A stretch of DNA of 64,000 nt from Candidatus Doudnabacteria bacterium (GTDB lineage Bacteria; Patescibacteriota; Doudnabacteria; UBA920), in the NCBI GenBank assembly GCA_963788395.1, contig CAWBGV010000031.1, positions 73,094 through 137,093 of the forward strand, written 5' to 3'. The notes under the pieces are model-generated. The model was not told where the DNA came from and searched no databases. It worked only from the letters and a program-made list of their open reading frames with translations. The translations under genes and the position numbers were made by a program. This document shows positions 38,516 through 48,537 of this stretch, one piece after another (within the stretch, counting starts at the first letter, position 1; each line of letters starts with the position of its first letter).

Positions 38516-39901
38516 CTAAAGTTCTCCCAGCTTATTGGCTAAGCCAATATAGTTTTCCGGGGTGACTTTTTTTAATTCCGCTTTTACTGCCTCGGAAATT
38601 TCCAATCCGTCTATGAAGGTGCGTATATCTTCGATTGTCAGTTGTTTGCCCCGCGTCAGTTCTTTGAGTTTTTCATATGGCATAGCCAAGCCTTCCCGTC
38701 GTAAAATCGTCTGGATAGCTTCGGCAATAACCTCGGGATGGCGGCGTAAATCTTCGGCTGTTTTTATTTGATTGACAGATATTCTCCCTAGTTGATTATT
38801 GAGATACGCAAAACCAATAAGGCAGTAGCCAAACGCGCTTCCGATATTCCTTAAAACGGTTGAATCCGAAAGGTCTCTTTGGAGCCGAGAAACCGGCAAT
38901 TTTGCCCCGAAGTAATTAAACAGGGCGTTGGCCATCCCTAAATTGCCTTCACTATTTTCCAAAAACCAAGGATTAATTTTATGAGGCATGGTTGAAGAGC
39001 CGACTTCGCCTTCGACCGGCTTTTGGGTAATCCAGTCGTCACTAATATAGCGCCAGACGTCCTGATTGAAATCTATCAAAATGACATTGATTCTCCGCAT
39101 GATATCGAATAGCTCAACATAGCTGTCGTGAGGTTCAATTTGGGTAGTGAGCAAATTTGGCTCCAGGTTGACGTTTCGTTGAGAATTGAGCTGCTTGATA
39201 AAATTTTTAGAAAAATTTATCCAATCTACGCCGGGGTAAGCTGCCGTTAGTGCATTATAATTGCCGGTAGCGCCATTTAATTTTGCTTGCAGCTGATGCT
39301 CGGTCAAAAGCGTGCATTGACGATTAAGCCGGGCATGGAAAATTTTAAATTCTTTTCCAAACGTGGTAGGCGAAGCTGGTTGGCCATGAGTGCGGGCCAG
39401 CATGGGGATGTTTTTACTTTCCAGAGCCAAGGCTCCAATTTTATCTATTAGATTTTGCAGCGCGGGCAGATATACGTCCCGCAGACTCTCGCTGATCATT
39501 AAGGCATAAGCTATGTTGCTGGCGTCTTCCGAGGTCAGCCCAAAATGCACCCATTCTAAACAGTCTTGCAGCGACGTTACAGCCAGCTTATCTTTTATAT
39601 AATACTCAATGGCCTTAAAATCGTGGTTGGTGGCTTTAATGTTTTTGTAGCCTTTGAGTTCAATATCGCTGATAATTTGCGCGTCAGCGTCGGTCAAAAG
39701 ATACATGCTCCTGACAGAACTTTTCTCTTCGTCAGAAAATTGCCGAAGCTTGGTTGCTTGCGACTCGCTTAAAGCGATTAAATATTCGCCTTCCATAATA
39801 ATTTTGTATTTCATGGAAGCCGCTTCGCTAAAATAGGGAACGAGCGGGGCGGTATATTTTTGGTAGCGGCCGTCGATGGGGGAGATTGAAGAGAGAGGCA
39901 T
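38516..39901 (-). CDS. purB: Adenylosuccinate lyase
   Basis: MPLSSISPIDGRYQ... N-terminus, about 461 aa fumarase/ASL family. The ATG at 39899-39901 is the more likely start than the TTG four codons upstream. Confidence 0.9.
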   Translation of the reverse strand: MPLSSISPIDGRYQKYTAPLVPYFSEAASMKYKIIMEGEYLIALSESQATKLRQFSDEEKSSVRSMYLLTDADAQIISDIELKGYKNIKATNHDFKAIEYYIKDKLAVTSLQDCLEWVHFGLTSEDASNIAYALMISESLRDVYLPALQNLIDKIGALALESKNIPMLARTHGQPASPTTFGKEFKIFHARLNRQCTLLTEHQLQAKLNGATGNYNALTAAYPGVDWINFSKNFIKQLNSQRNVNLEPNLLTTQIEPHDSYVELFDIMRRINVILIDFNQDVWRYISDDWITQKPVEGEVGSSTMPHKINPWFLENSEGNLGMANALFNYFGAKLPVSRLQRDLSDSTVLRNIGSAFGYCLIGFAYLNNQLGRISVNQIKTAEDLRRHPEVIAEAIQTILRREGLAMPYEKLKELTRGKQLTIEDIRTFIDGLEISEAVKAELKKVTPENYIGLANKLGEL

Positions 39902-39902
39902 A

Positions 39903-40867
39903 TTACAATCCAAACGGGATTAGGTTATTTTTGATTCTGTCCGCAATCGGCGTTTCTAAATCGGTTTCGAACTTATTGCCGGTAATCTGTTCGTAAATCC
40001 GGATGTAGCGGGAAGAGAGTTCCGCGACCATGTCGGGCGGGGCAGGAGGTAAAACTGGATCGTTATAGGGATCGGAATTTTCTTTAAACCATAACCGGAG
40101 GAATTCTTTATCAAAATTTTCCGGTTCCAGTCCTTGGTCGATGCGCTGTTGGTAGGAATCTGCTTGCCAATAACGGGATGAGTCGGAGTATGGATTTCGT
40201 CTATTAATATTAGTTTGTCGTTTTGATCCAGGCCAAATTCGTATTTAGTGTCTACTAAGATAAGTCCGCGCTGCAGGGCAATTTGTTGGCCGCGCTTGAA
40301 CAGCTCGAGCGTTGTGTCCGCCAGTTCCAGCCATAGTTGTTCCGGGACGATACGTTCTTCTATGATTTCCCGGCTGGTCAGCGGCCGGTCGTGTTCTTCC
40401 GATTTCGTGGTAGGAGTGAGCACGGGATGTTCCAGTTTTTGGTTTTTGCGCATACCGTCTGGCAATTTAAAATCCCCAAAATCCCGCAGTCCTTTTTGGT
40501 AAAGGGTCCACAATGAGGTTCCGGTTACGCCGGTCATGTATCCGCGGACAACCATTTCAAGAGGGATGGTTTTGCATTTTTTGACAACGACCACATTCGG
40601 GTCCGGCGAACTGATAATGTGGTTTTGGATAATGTCTTTCGTTTGCTCAAACCAAAACCGGCTGGTTTGGGTTAAGACCTGTCCTTTAAAAGGGATTAAT
40701 GCCAGGTTACGGTCAAACGCCGAATATCTATCGGTTGCGACCAAAATAATTTTATCGTCCTGAGTATAAATATCCCGCACTTTCCCCTGGCGGCGTTCGC
40801 CAAGGTTTTTTAAATTCGTTTTTTCCAAAACTCGATCCAGATGCTTTTCTACTATAGTTTTATCCAT
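39903..40867 (-). CDS. purC: SAICAR synthetase (long, eukaryote-like form), 1-nt frameshift near 40180-40190
   Basis: GKVRDIY...IILVATDRYSAFD, then after ...DEIHTP the frame changes into DSSRYWQADSYQQRIDQGLEPENFDKEFLRLWFKENSDPYNDPVLPPAPPDMVAELSSRYIRIYEQITG. The stop at 39903-39905 lies 1 nt from the purB start. Confidence 0.85.
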
Positions 40868-40905
40868 AATTTTTAATTTGGCATTTGTTATTTGAAATTT
40901 TAAAC

Positions 40906-42024
40906 TTATTCCCCCGGCGGTCCCAAAATTATATTCTCCGGCCCAAACACAACTTCGCGCTTGCCTTCCGTTATTTCGCCTGCGTCCATCATATCATACC
41001 CCGCCTGCGTACCTAAGGCAATAATTTGTTCAACTTGGTCAGCGGGAGCGTATATATAGTAGCCGGCGCCCCAGTTAAATGTCTTGAGGCAATCTTTTAA
41101 CGGTACGCCGAGTTGTTCTTTAAAATATTCCATAAGTGGCGGGACGCGGAGCCAGGAGTGGATTTTGTAGGTATAGCTGCGCTTATCAAATGCAATTTTC
41201 CCTACGCCGTCGCCGGTGCCGGGGAGCAGGGCATGAATGTTAATGTGATGTCCAAGTAAAGTCTCGATGAGTGCCACATATGAGCGTGTCGGAATAAGGG
41301 CTTCTTGGCCCAGTGTGCGCCCGTTAGGCAGTTTGGTTAAAAAAGCGTCCGGAAGTTCCATGGCCTTTTTAATAACTAGCGATACGCCGTTGGCGTGCAG
41401 CCCAGAAGAGGCGACGGCAATAATATGGTCACCGGCCTGGAGTTTGCGGCCGGTAATCAGCCGTTCTTTGGGGGCGATAATACCTGTGGTGCAGCCGCTG
41501 AGCGTGGCGATAGTTTTGACTGGCGGCGCGGGGTGGACTACATATTTTACCGATGCGGATTCACCCGCGGGCATAGCCATACCCACTTCTTCGCAGATTT
41601 TTAAAAATCCTGCGGCCAGGTCTTGTGCTCGCTTGGGGTCGGAGTACCAACTGCTGTCGGAGGCTTCAATCTGGTCGGTAAAAACCACCGGCAACGCGCC
41701 TTGGGCGATTACGTCGTTTACGGTCATTAAGGCGGTATCAATAGCAATGGTATCGTAATAAGTCTTACCAATGCCTTCGTTTTCATACATCCATTCGGCA
41801 ATCCAGTTTTTATTGCCCAGGTCCTCCTGGGTCTTGCACCAAATATGATTTTGCCGCCCGCGGTATTCAAACACCGCGCCATGGGCATGCGTGGCTTCGG
41901 TGTTAATAAAAACTTCCCGCTTTTCCGGAAAGTGCAAGGTCTGCTTGCCGGCCTCGATCATAGCCATTTTAAAAGGCTCCATTTGGGAATAATCGACACC
42001 GGATTTGGCGTATTCAGAGGGCAT
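40906..42024 (-). CDS. purM: Phosphoribosylformylglycinamidine cyclo-ligase (AIR synthase, PurM-type)
   Basis: 372 aa: the N-terminal GVDY...ALMTVNDVIAQGALPVVFTD and C-terminal ...IAVASSGLHANGVSLV motifs of the PurM superfamily. Confidence 0.7.
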   Translation of the reverse strand: MPSEYAKSGVDYSQMEPFKMAMIEAGKQTLHFPEKREVFINTEATHAHGAVFEYRGRQNHIWCKTQEDLGNKNWIAEWMYENEGIGKTYYDTIAIDTALMTVNDVIAQGALPVVFTDQIEASDSSWYSDPKRAQDLAAGFLKICEEVGMAMPAGESASVKYVVHPAPPVKTIATLSGCTTGIIAPKERLITGRKLQAGDHIIAVASSGLHANGVSLVIKKAMELPDAFLTKLPNGRTLGQEALIPTRSYVALIETLLGHHINIHALLPGTGDGVGKIAFDKRSYTYKIHSWLRVPPLMEYFKEQLGVPLKDCLKTFNWGAGYYIYAPADQVEQIIALGTQAGYDMMDAGEITEGKREVVFGPENIILGPPGE

Positions 42025-42048
42025 AATGGTAATGACAAATTTTAAATT

Positions 42049-42564
42049 TCAAATGTCAAAAGATTCATAACCGTTCTTTTTTAGCTGCGACGCTTTTTGT
42101 TTTACCGAGGTTTCCATGGTTTTTTTGTAGGCAGCAAGCTTTTTGTTTAGTCTTGCGTCAAACGCCGCCAGAATTCCCACTGCCAGTAGCCCCGCGTTTT
42201 TTGCTGCGTTAATGGCCACGGTCGCTACCGGAATTCCGGGCGGCATTTGGGCAATAGAAAGCAGAGAGTCGAGACCTTTTAGAGTTTTGGTTTCAACAGG
42301 GACGCCAATCACCGGTAAAGTCGTAATCGCCGCCGTCATCCCGGGCAAGTGCGCTGCGCCCCCGGCGCCGGCAATAATTACTTTTAGTCCGCGGTTCGCG
42401 GCCGTCGACGCATATTCAAACATCCGTTTGGGCGTCCGGTGAGCGGAAACAATGGTAATTTCATACGGCACTTTAAATTCTTCCAAGATTTCTGCCGCCT
42501 GCTTCATAACCGGCAGGTCGCTGTCGGAGCCCATGATAATACCTACAAAGATTTTTTTTGACAT
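42049..42564 (-). CDS. purE: N5-carboxyaminoimidazole ribonucleotide mutase
   Basis: 171 aa: [13 protein letters not shown]...[15 protein letters not shown]. Confidence 0.9.
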   Translation of the reverse strand: MSKKIFVGIIMGSDSDLPVMKQAAEILEEFKVPYEITIVSAHRTPKRMFEYASTAANRGLKVIIAGAGGAAHLPGMTAAITTLPVIGVPVETKTLKGLDSLLSIAQMPPGIPVATVAINAAKNAGLLAVGILAAFDARLNKKLAAYKKTMETSVKQKASQLKKNGYESFDI

Positions 42565-42570
42565 AGCTGT

Positions 42571-43794
42571 TTAAATTTCTATCAGCTTTCTAATTTCCTC
42601 TCCTGTCCGCAGCGCGCTTTCAATATCGTCGGCGACGATGGTAATATGTCCCATTTTTCGTTCCACTCTTGTTTCTATTTTACCATAAATATGAACAAAA
42701 ATCTGCTCTACCGATGGTGCGGGAATTGCTGTTGAAAGATGATTTTTGGTTGCGAATTCCGTCCAATCCTCGTCAAAGCCTTCTAAGAGCGCCGGGCCGT
42801 TGCGCTCACCTAAAATATTAACCATGACCGCGGCCGGCACGGTCATGTCGGTGGGTCCCAAATCCATGCCGGTAATCGCCCGAATGTGCTGTTCAAACTG
42901 CGAAGTTTGGTACCCTTCGATGGTAAGATGGCCGGCATTATGGACGCGCGGAGCGATTTCGTTGATCATGACCACGCTACCTGTTTTATCCGGAAGATCA
43001 TTGGGATCTAGGGTCGGATACAATGGCTCGGAATAGAACATTTCTATACAAAAGACGCCCACACCTTTGAGTTGTTCCAGAGCCCGAATCGCTAGGTCAT
43101 GTGCCTGTTTTCTGGCCGCGTCGTCAATTCGCGCCGGGGCGATGACGGTGTGACAAATGTGATTTTGGTGAATAGTTTCAAATACGGGATAGACCGCAAT
43201 GGTTCCATCCACACTGCGCGCGGCCACAACAGATAGTTCTTTTTCAAAAACCACGAATTTTTCCACATATAGTTCGCGCCCCTGTAATTTTTTCATCGCC
43301 AGATCAATTCCTGTTTCATCTTCAATCAGTGCATTGCCTCTGCCATCGTAAGCTTCATACTTAGCTTTCAGGACAATCGGATAATCAAATTCCGCCGCCG
43401 CTTTAATAATCTCGTCTTTCGACGCCGCTTCCATAAAATCCGCGACGGTAATATGCGCTTTGCGCAGGAATTGTTTTTGGCCAAATTTATTTTTGATAAT
43501 ACTAAGCGTTTGCGGCGAGGGATGAATGATTTTCCCTTGCGCTTGCAGCTCTTCTAAGATAGTGCTGTTGGCCGACTCAATCTCGAACGTTAAAAAATCA
43601 CTTGCTCGCGCCAGCTCTTTTATTTTGTCTGGGTCTGTAAAATTACCAAGCAGGTGCCGGTCGGCCACTTGGGCCGCGGGAGAGTTTGGCGTGGGGTCGA
43701 GCACAGTCACGGTATACCCCAGCTTATGGGCCGCCTGGGCCAGCATTCTGCCCAATTGTCCGCCGCCGACGATGCCGATGGTTTTATTTGACAT
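42571..43794 (-). CDS. purK: N5-carboxyaminoimidazole ribonucleotide synthetase (ATP-grasp)
   Basis: 407 aa: GIVGGGQLGRML N-terminus and an ATP-grasp core. Confidence 0.9.
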   Translation of the reverse strand: MSNKTIGIVGGGQLGRMLAQAAHKLGYTVTVLDPTPNSPAAQVADRHLLGNFTDPDKIKELARASDFLTFEIESANSTILEELQAQGKIIHPSPQTLSIIKNKFGQKQFLRKAHITVADFMEAASKDEIIKAAAEFDYPIVLKAKYEAYDGRGNALIEDETGIDLAMKKLQGRELYVEKFVVFEKELSVVAARSVDGTIAVYPVFETIHQNHICHTVIAPARIDDAARKQAHDLAIRALEQLKGVGVFCIEMFYSEPLYPTLDPNDLPDKTGSVVMINEIAPRVHNAGHLTIEGYQTSQFEQHIRAITGMDLGPTDMTVPAAVMVNILGERNGPALLEGFDEDWTEFATKNHLSTAIPAPSVEQIFVHIYGKIETRVERKMGHITIVADDIESALRTGEEIRKLIEI

Positions 43795-43922
43795 ACATGG
43801 TTAGTAGAGGGTTATAAGTTATAGCCGCCAGTATAGGTATAGGGTATAAGTGATAAGGTTTTTTACTTACAACTCATGACTTAAACCCAGACTGGCCGCC
43901 ACAACTAATACCCTATTACTAT

Positions 43923-45194
43923 TCAGCTTAATGATTTCTTCCCAATATCCGTTCGAAATTGCATCCCCTCAAAATGTATCAGTTTAACTGCACCATACGC
44001 TTTATCCAAGGCTTCCTGCAAGCTGTCTCCAATTGCCGTTACTCCCAATACTCGTCCGCCATTGGTCACAAGCTTACCATCTTTTATGACGGTACCGGCG
44101 TGAAAAATTATGATATCGGGCAAACTTTCCGCGGCCGCAATGCCGGTAATCTCTTTCCCTTTTTCGTATTTGCCGGGGTATCCTCCACTGGCTAAAACGA
44201 TGCAGCAGGCGTATTTGGGCTCCCATTCAATTTTGATTTTAAGCAATGTTTGCTGAGCGCAGGCTTCGAACACGTCCAGCAGGTCCGTTTTCAGCAGCCG
44301 CAGGTAACTTTGGCACTCGGGGTCGCCAAAGCGGGCGTTAAACTCGATGACCGAAGGCCCGCCTCCGGTCATCATTAGTCCGGGATAGAGCAGCCCGCTA
44401 AACGGACTGCCAAGTTTTTTTAACCCTTCCAGGGCGCGGTAGACTATATGGTTTTTTACTTCGAGCATATCGTCTTGGGTAATCCACGGCAGGGGAGCAA
44501 TCGTACCCATGCCGCCCGTGTTAGGGCCCCGGTCGCCGTCGAAAGCGCGCTTGTGGTCTTGTGACGGCGGAAACATCTGGAAACTTTTGCCGTCACAAAT
44601 CGCGTGAGTAGAAAATTCTCGGCCGGCTAAATATTCTTCTATTACCACTTCACTGCCGGCTTCACCGTGGATTTTATTGAGCATACTGTCGCGAAGAGCT
44701 TGCTCGGCTTCATCTAAAGTTTGGCAAACACTCACACCCTTACCCAAAGCAAGTCCTGAGGCTTTAATGACCGTGGGCAAGCCGGAGCTTTTAATGTACT
44801 CAAGCGCCTGGTTATAGTCGGTAAAAGTTTTATATTTGGCCGTGGGAATGTCGGCCTGATCCATAAAATGTTTGGCAAACGATTTGGAAGCTTCGATTTT
44901 GGCAGCCGCTTTGGTTGGTCCAAAAATCTTAAGGCCTTTCTCTAAAAAAGCATCAGTGATCCCCAAGGCCAGGGGATCATCAGGCCCGACAACGGTTACA
45001 TCGATATTTTTTTTCAGCGCGAATTGAACCAGGCCGCCAACATCTGTTGCCGGAATCGCGACCGCTTCCGCCAGTGCGGCCGTGCCCATGTTCCCGGGCG
45101 CTATGTATATTTTTTGCACGCGCGGTGACTGCGCCAGCTTCCAAACCAACGCGTGCTCCCGACCGCCGCTGCCAATAACCAGAATTTTTTTCAT
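43923..45194 (-). CDS. purD: Phosphoribosylamine-glycine ligase
   Basis: 423 aa: MKKILVIGSGGREHALVWKL and the ATP-grasp motifs. Confidence 0.9.
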   Translation of the reverse strand: MKKILVIGSGGREHALVWKLAQSPRVQKIYIAPGNMGTAALAEAVAIPATDVGGLVQFALKKNIDVTVVGPDDPLALGITDAFLEKGLKIFGPTKAAAKIEASKSFAKHFMDQADIPTAKYKTFTDYNQALEYIKSSGLPTVIKASGLALGKGVSVCQTLDEAEQALRDSMLNKIHGEAGSEVVIEEYLAGREFSTHAICDGKSFQMFPPSQDHKRAFDGDRGPNTGGMGTIAPLPWITQDDMLEVKNHIVYRALEGLKKLGSPFSGLLYPGLMMTGGGPSVIEFNARFGDPECQSYLRLLKTDLLDVFEACAQQTLLKIKIEWEPKYACCIVLASGGYPGKYEKGKEITGIAAAESLPDIIIFHAGTVIKDGKLVTNGGRVLGVTAIGDSLQEALDKAYGAVKLIHFEGMQFRTDIGKKSLS

Positions 45195-45251
45195 AAAATG
45201 AAGTGTCTAAGATTTTAACGATAGTTAAAATCTTAGACAGATTGATATATG

Positions 45252-45848
45252 TCAGGCCGTTAGTTTTTTAAGCGCTTTGGTATAGAGTTGGTTTTCTTTA
45301 GCTTTTAATCTTGTGTAGAGCGAGTCTACGGTATCGCCAGGCAAGATAGCTTCAAATGTGCGCCCAAGTACCGGGCCGAAATCAAAATCTAAAGTCAAAA
45401 AATGAATCGACGATCCGGCATAGGTGGCGCCCTGGTCCAAAAAATTTTGGACAGCTTTGGCTGCAAGCATGCCTTGATTCCACAGCCCGTCAGTGCCGTC
45501 GGGGTTTTTTACCGTACCATCTTGGGTATCGGGAACAAGGCCCGGGTGGAGGTTTAAAATTTTGTTTGGAAATTTCAGAATTACGTCGTCGGGAATAAAT
45601 TGCTTCCATCCCGCCAGGCAAATAAAGTCAGGGTTTAAGTTTTGCAATAGCGGTAACAACGCTGCTTTTGTGGGGCAAATTTCAATCGGTATGGCATGTC
45701 GCTTTGCCCGCTCCAAACCCGGTGCAGCGGGAGTGTCCGAGACAACGGCCGAAATTCGGGCTTTAATTTTGCCAGCGGCTACAGCGTCTATAATTGCCTG
45801 GAGGTTAGTTCCGATTCCGGTATTAGAAATGAGGACGACAATGTTCAT
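45252..45848 (-). CDS. purN: Phosphoribosylglycinamide formyltransferase
   Basis: 198 aa: MNIVVLISNTGIGTNLQAIIDA..., HPGLVP and the formyl-transferase fold. Confidence 0.85.
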   Translation of the reverse strand: MNIVVLISNTGIGTNLQAIIDAVAAGKIKARISAVVSDTPAAPGLERAKRHAIPIEICPTKAALLPLLQNLNPDFICLAGWKQFIPDDVILKFPNKILNLHPGLVPDTQDGTVKNPDGTDGLWNQGMLAAKAVQNFLDQGATYAGSSIHFLTLDFDFGPVLGRTFEAILPGDTVDSLYTRLKAKENQLYTKALKKLTA

Positions 45849-45850
45849 AA

Positions 45851-47266
45851 TTAAAACAGTGTTCCCGGAGTCTTTACCTCGGAATAAATCGGTTGATGCA
45901 CTTCTTCGGCGCGTTCCAGTAAATCTATGGGATAATTGCCTGTAAAACAGGAAGTGTTAAAAACCTTTTCCGGCAAGCCGGTGGCGTGGATGAGTCCCGG
46001 CAAAGATAAAAAGTACAAACTGGTCGCGCCTAAAAATTGTCGCACCTCTTCCACCGTTTTATTGGCAGAAATCAAGTTTTGCTGCTTGGGAGTATCAATT
46101 CCATAAAAGTCAGGATAGACAACCGGCGGTGAACTAATCAGCAAATGGACCTCTTTGGCGCCGGCTTCAAAAATCATTTTCACCAGTTGTTTGGAAGTGG
46201 TGCCGCGGACTATGGAGTCGTCCATGACCACGATTTTTTTACCGGCCAAGACTTCGGGCAGGGGTGTTAGTTTAAGCCGTACGCCCAAATCGCGGCTGTG
46301 CTGTTCGGGTTGAATGAACGTGCGGTGGATGTAGCGATTTTTGACCAGCGCCATTTCGAACGGTAAATTTAAAGCTTTGGCGTACCCGCTGGCCACGGGA
46401 ATGGCCGTTTCCGGCACGGGAACGACCATGTCGGCCGCCACCGGAAATTCTTCGGCCAGCCGCGTGCCGCAATTGTGGCGGACTTGGTAGACGGATTGCC
46501 CCAGTAAGTTACTATCGGGTCGGGCAAAATAGACAAATTCAAAAATATCCAGTTTAGGATTTGGTTCGGCAATTTGGATGGAGGTAATTCCATGGCTATT
46601 TATAATTACCATTTCTCCCGGCTTAATCTCACGGATAAATTCCGCGCCCACAGTATGGAAGGCGCAGGTTTCGGAAGCAATCACATAGCCTCCGTTAAGT
46701 TTTCCTAAAACCAGCGGTCTGATTCCGTAACTGTCACGGACAGCCACTAAACTATCTTGTGTTAAAAGTGTTAGTGAAAAAGCGCCCGTAAACAGGGGAA
46801 AACTTTTTTCGACGGCTTCGGCAATCGAATGGTCGTGGTCCAGGTAGTAGGCAATGGCTTTGGCCATAAGTTCGGAGTCGCTGCAATCTTCGGTTGGAAT
46901 GTCTTTGCCTTCCAGAAAAGTTTTGAGCGCGGTTATAGAAGGCAAATTTCCGTTATGAGCCAGGGCGACTTGGCCGTTTATTACAATGGGCTGGGCGTGT
47001 TTTAAGTGGGAGCCTTCAGAGGTAGAATAGCGGTTATGGCCAATGGCAATATCGCCTTTTAAACTTTGGATAGTCTCTTCGTTATAGACGTGGCTGACCA
47101 GCCCCATATTTTTGTAGCAGTCAAGGTGGTGGCCGTTGGATACCGCAATCCCGCTGGATTCCTGCCCGCGGTGCTGCAGTGCGAACAATGCAAAAAACGC
47201 CAGACGGGAAACGTCGAGTCCTTTGCCGTAGATGCCGAAAACCGCGCATTTTTCGTTTAGGTGCAT
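45851..47266 (-). CDS. purF: Amidophosphoribosyltransferase
   Basis: 471 aa: CAVFGIYG (N-terminal nucleophile Cys) and the PRTase motif VVMDDSIVRGTT. Confidence 0.9.
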   Translation of the reverse strand: MHLNEKCAVFGIYGKGLDVSRLAFFALFALQHRGQESSGIAVSNGHHLDCYKNMGLVSHVYNEETIQSLKGDIAIGHNRYSTSEGSHLKHAQPIVINGQVALAHNGNLPSITALKTFLEGKDIPTEDCSDSELMAKAIAYYLDHDHSIAEAVEKSFPLFTGAFSLTLLTQDSLVAVRDSYGIRPLVLGKLNGGYVIASETCAFHTVGAEFIREIKPGEMVIINSHGITSIQIAEPNPKLDIFEFVYFARPDSNLLGQSVYQVRHNCGTRLAEEFPVAADMVVPVPETAIPVASGYAKALNLPFEMALVKNRYIHRTFIQPEQHSRDLGVRLKLTPLPEVLAGKKIVVMDDSIVRGTTSKQLVKMIFEAGAKEVHLLISSPPVVYPDFYGIDTPKQQNLISANKTVEEVRQFLGATSLYFLSLPGLIHATGLPEKVFNTSCFTGNYPIDLLERAEEVHQPIYSEVKTPGTLF

Positions 47267-47283
47267 GTAGTATGTATCGGGTA

Positions 47284-47673
47284 TTATGTATTATGTATAC
47301 TGCGGTTGGTAACGGTTTTCATCAATCCGTGAATAAGCTTACTCACTACTATTGTCTGATTTGCTGTCTCTAAAAAAACTTCCTTTGTTACATAACCCAG
47401 ATCTTTCGCAATCAGTAACTGATTTTGTACTTCTGTCAGTGAGCCGAGCGCGATAGCATAAAATTGCATTTTTTCTTTTGCAAAATTTCGGCTGAAACCC
47501 TCGGCAATATTGGAAGAAATTGAGACAACAGCGCGGCAAATCTGTGAGATTAAACGAAATATTTCTTCTTTTGGAAAAGATTTGGTTATTTTATAGACCA
47601 TCAAGACTAATTTATGAGCCTCTTTCCAAGCCTTAAGATCAGTAAAAGATTTGATTTTAGTATCCATACCCAT
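47284..47673 (-). CDS. Four-helix-bundle protein (TIGR02436 / bAvd-like, 'rRNA intervening-sequence protein' family) inserted within the pur operon
   Basis: 129 aa: ...EIFRLISQICRAVVSISSNIAEGFSRNF.... It is flanked by 13-bp inverted repeats GTATTATGTATTA (47281-47293) and TAATACATAATAC (47691-47703). Confidence 0.7.
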   Translation of the reverse strand: MGMDTKIKSFTDLKAWKEAHKLVLMVYKITKSFPKEEIFRLISQICRAVVSISSNIAEGFSRNFAKEKMQFYAIALGSLTEVQNQLLIAKDLGYVTKEVFLETANQTIVVSKLIHGLMKTVTNRSIHNT

Positions 47674-47702
47674 ACATTATACACGATACTTAATACATAA
47701 TA

Positions 47703-48473
47703 CTAGGAGAGAAAGTAGCCGACTGCGTTTTGGAATATTTTGAAACCTGGACCATATTGGGGGAGTTTTTTACCGCTGCGCGACAATTTTTCTTTTAGGT
47801 ATGTCCAGTGCGGCAACTGGGTAAAGAATACGGCCCGTTCGGGATGGGGCATCATGCCCAGAACCCGGCCACTGGAGGCAGTGATAGCGGCAATATCTGC
47901 GATCGCACCATTGGGGTTGGCTTCGAGGTTTTGAAATTTTGAGACTTCCCCTTTTGTGTAGGTCAGCGTTATGGCTTTGTCCTTTTTGAGATTTTTAAGC
48001 CCTGCGTTGTCTATATAATAGTTGCCTTCGCCATGGGCGATGGGTAATGAGAAAGATGATAATCCTTTGAGCCACGGAGAAATCCCAGTGGTGGTGAGAT
48101 CTACCCACCGATCAAGATAGCGAGCTTTTTTATTTGAGGTTAAGGCTCCGGGCAGTAATCCGGCTTGCGTTAATATTTGAAATCCATTACAAATCCCAAT
48201 TACAAGTTTATCTTTGCTGATAAATTGTTGCAGTTGGCTGGACAAATGATTTTTGAGTTTGTTGGCGTAAGCTTTGCCGCTGCCGGTGTCATCTCCAAAA
48301 GAAAATCCGCCAGGCACGGCTAATATTTGGTAGTTGGAAAGTTTTTTCTCTCCGGCTACTAAATCATTAATATGGACAATGTCCGCCCGCGCGCCAGCCA
48401 GCTCAAAAGCGAACTTGGTTTCGTCTTCGCAATTAAGGCCGTAGCCAGAGAGTATAAGAACTTTTGGTGTCAT
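47703..48473 (-). CDS. purQ: Phosphoribosylformylglycinamidine synthase, glutaminase subunit
   Basis: 256 aa: a class-I glutamine amidotransferase (GICNGFQIL, and His in GMMPHPER). Confidence 0.9.
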   Translation of the reverse strand: MTPKVLILSGYGLNCEDETKFAFELAGARADIVHINDLVAGEKKLSNYQILAVPGGFSFGDDTGSGKAYANKLKNHLSSQLQQFISKDKLVIGICNGFQILTQAGLLPGALTSNKKARYLDRWVDLTTTGISPWLKGLSSFSLPIAHGEGNYYIDNAGLKNLKKDKAITLTYTKGEVSKFQNLEANPNGAIADIAAITASSGRVLGMMPHPERAVFFTQLPHWTYLKEKLSRSGKKLPQYGPGFKIFQNAVGYFLS

Positions 48474-48537
48474 TTAATAAAATAAATTAATTAATGTGCA
48501 TTGCCACGTGAGTCCGCAGGTTGGACGCGGAAAGAGG

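Noticed and set aside
42025-42060. Strong sigma70 promoter call (TTGACA-N17) for purM
   Set aside because: The -10 candidate (GTCATT) is poor and the ATG follows within 3 nt. It is kept only as part of the shared-motif finding, not as a feature.
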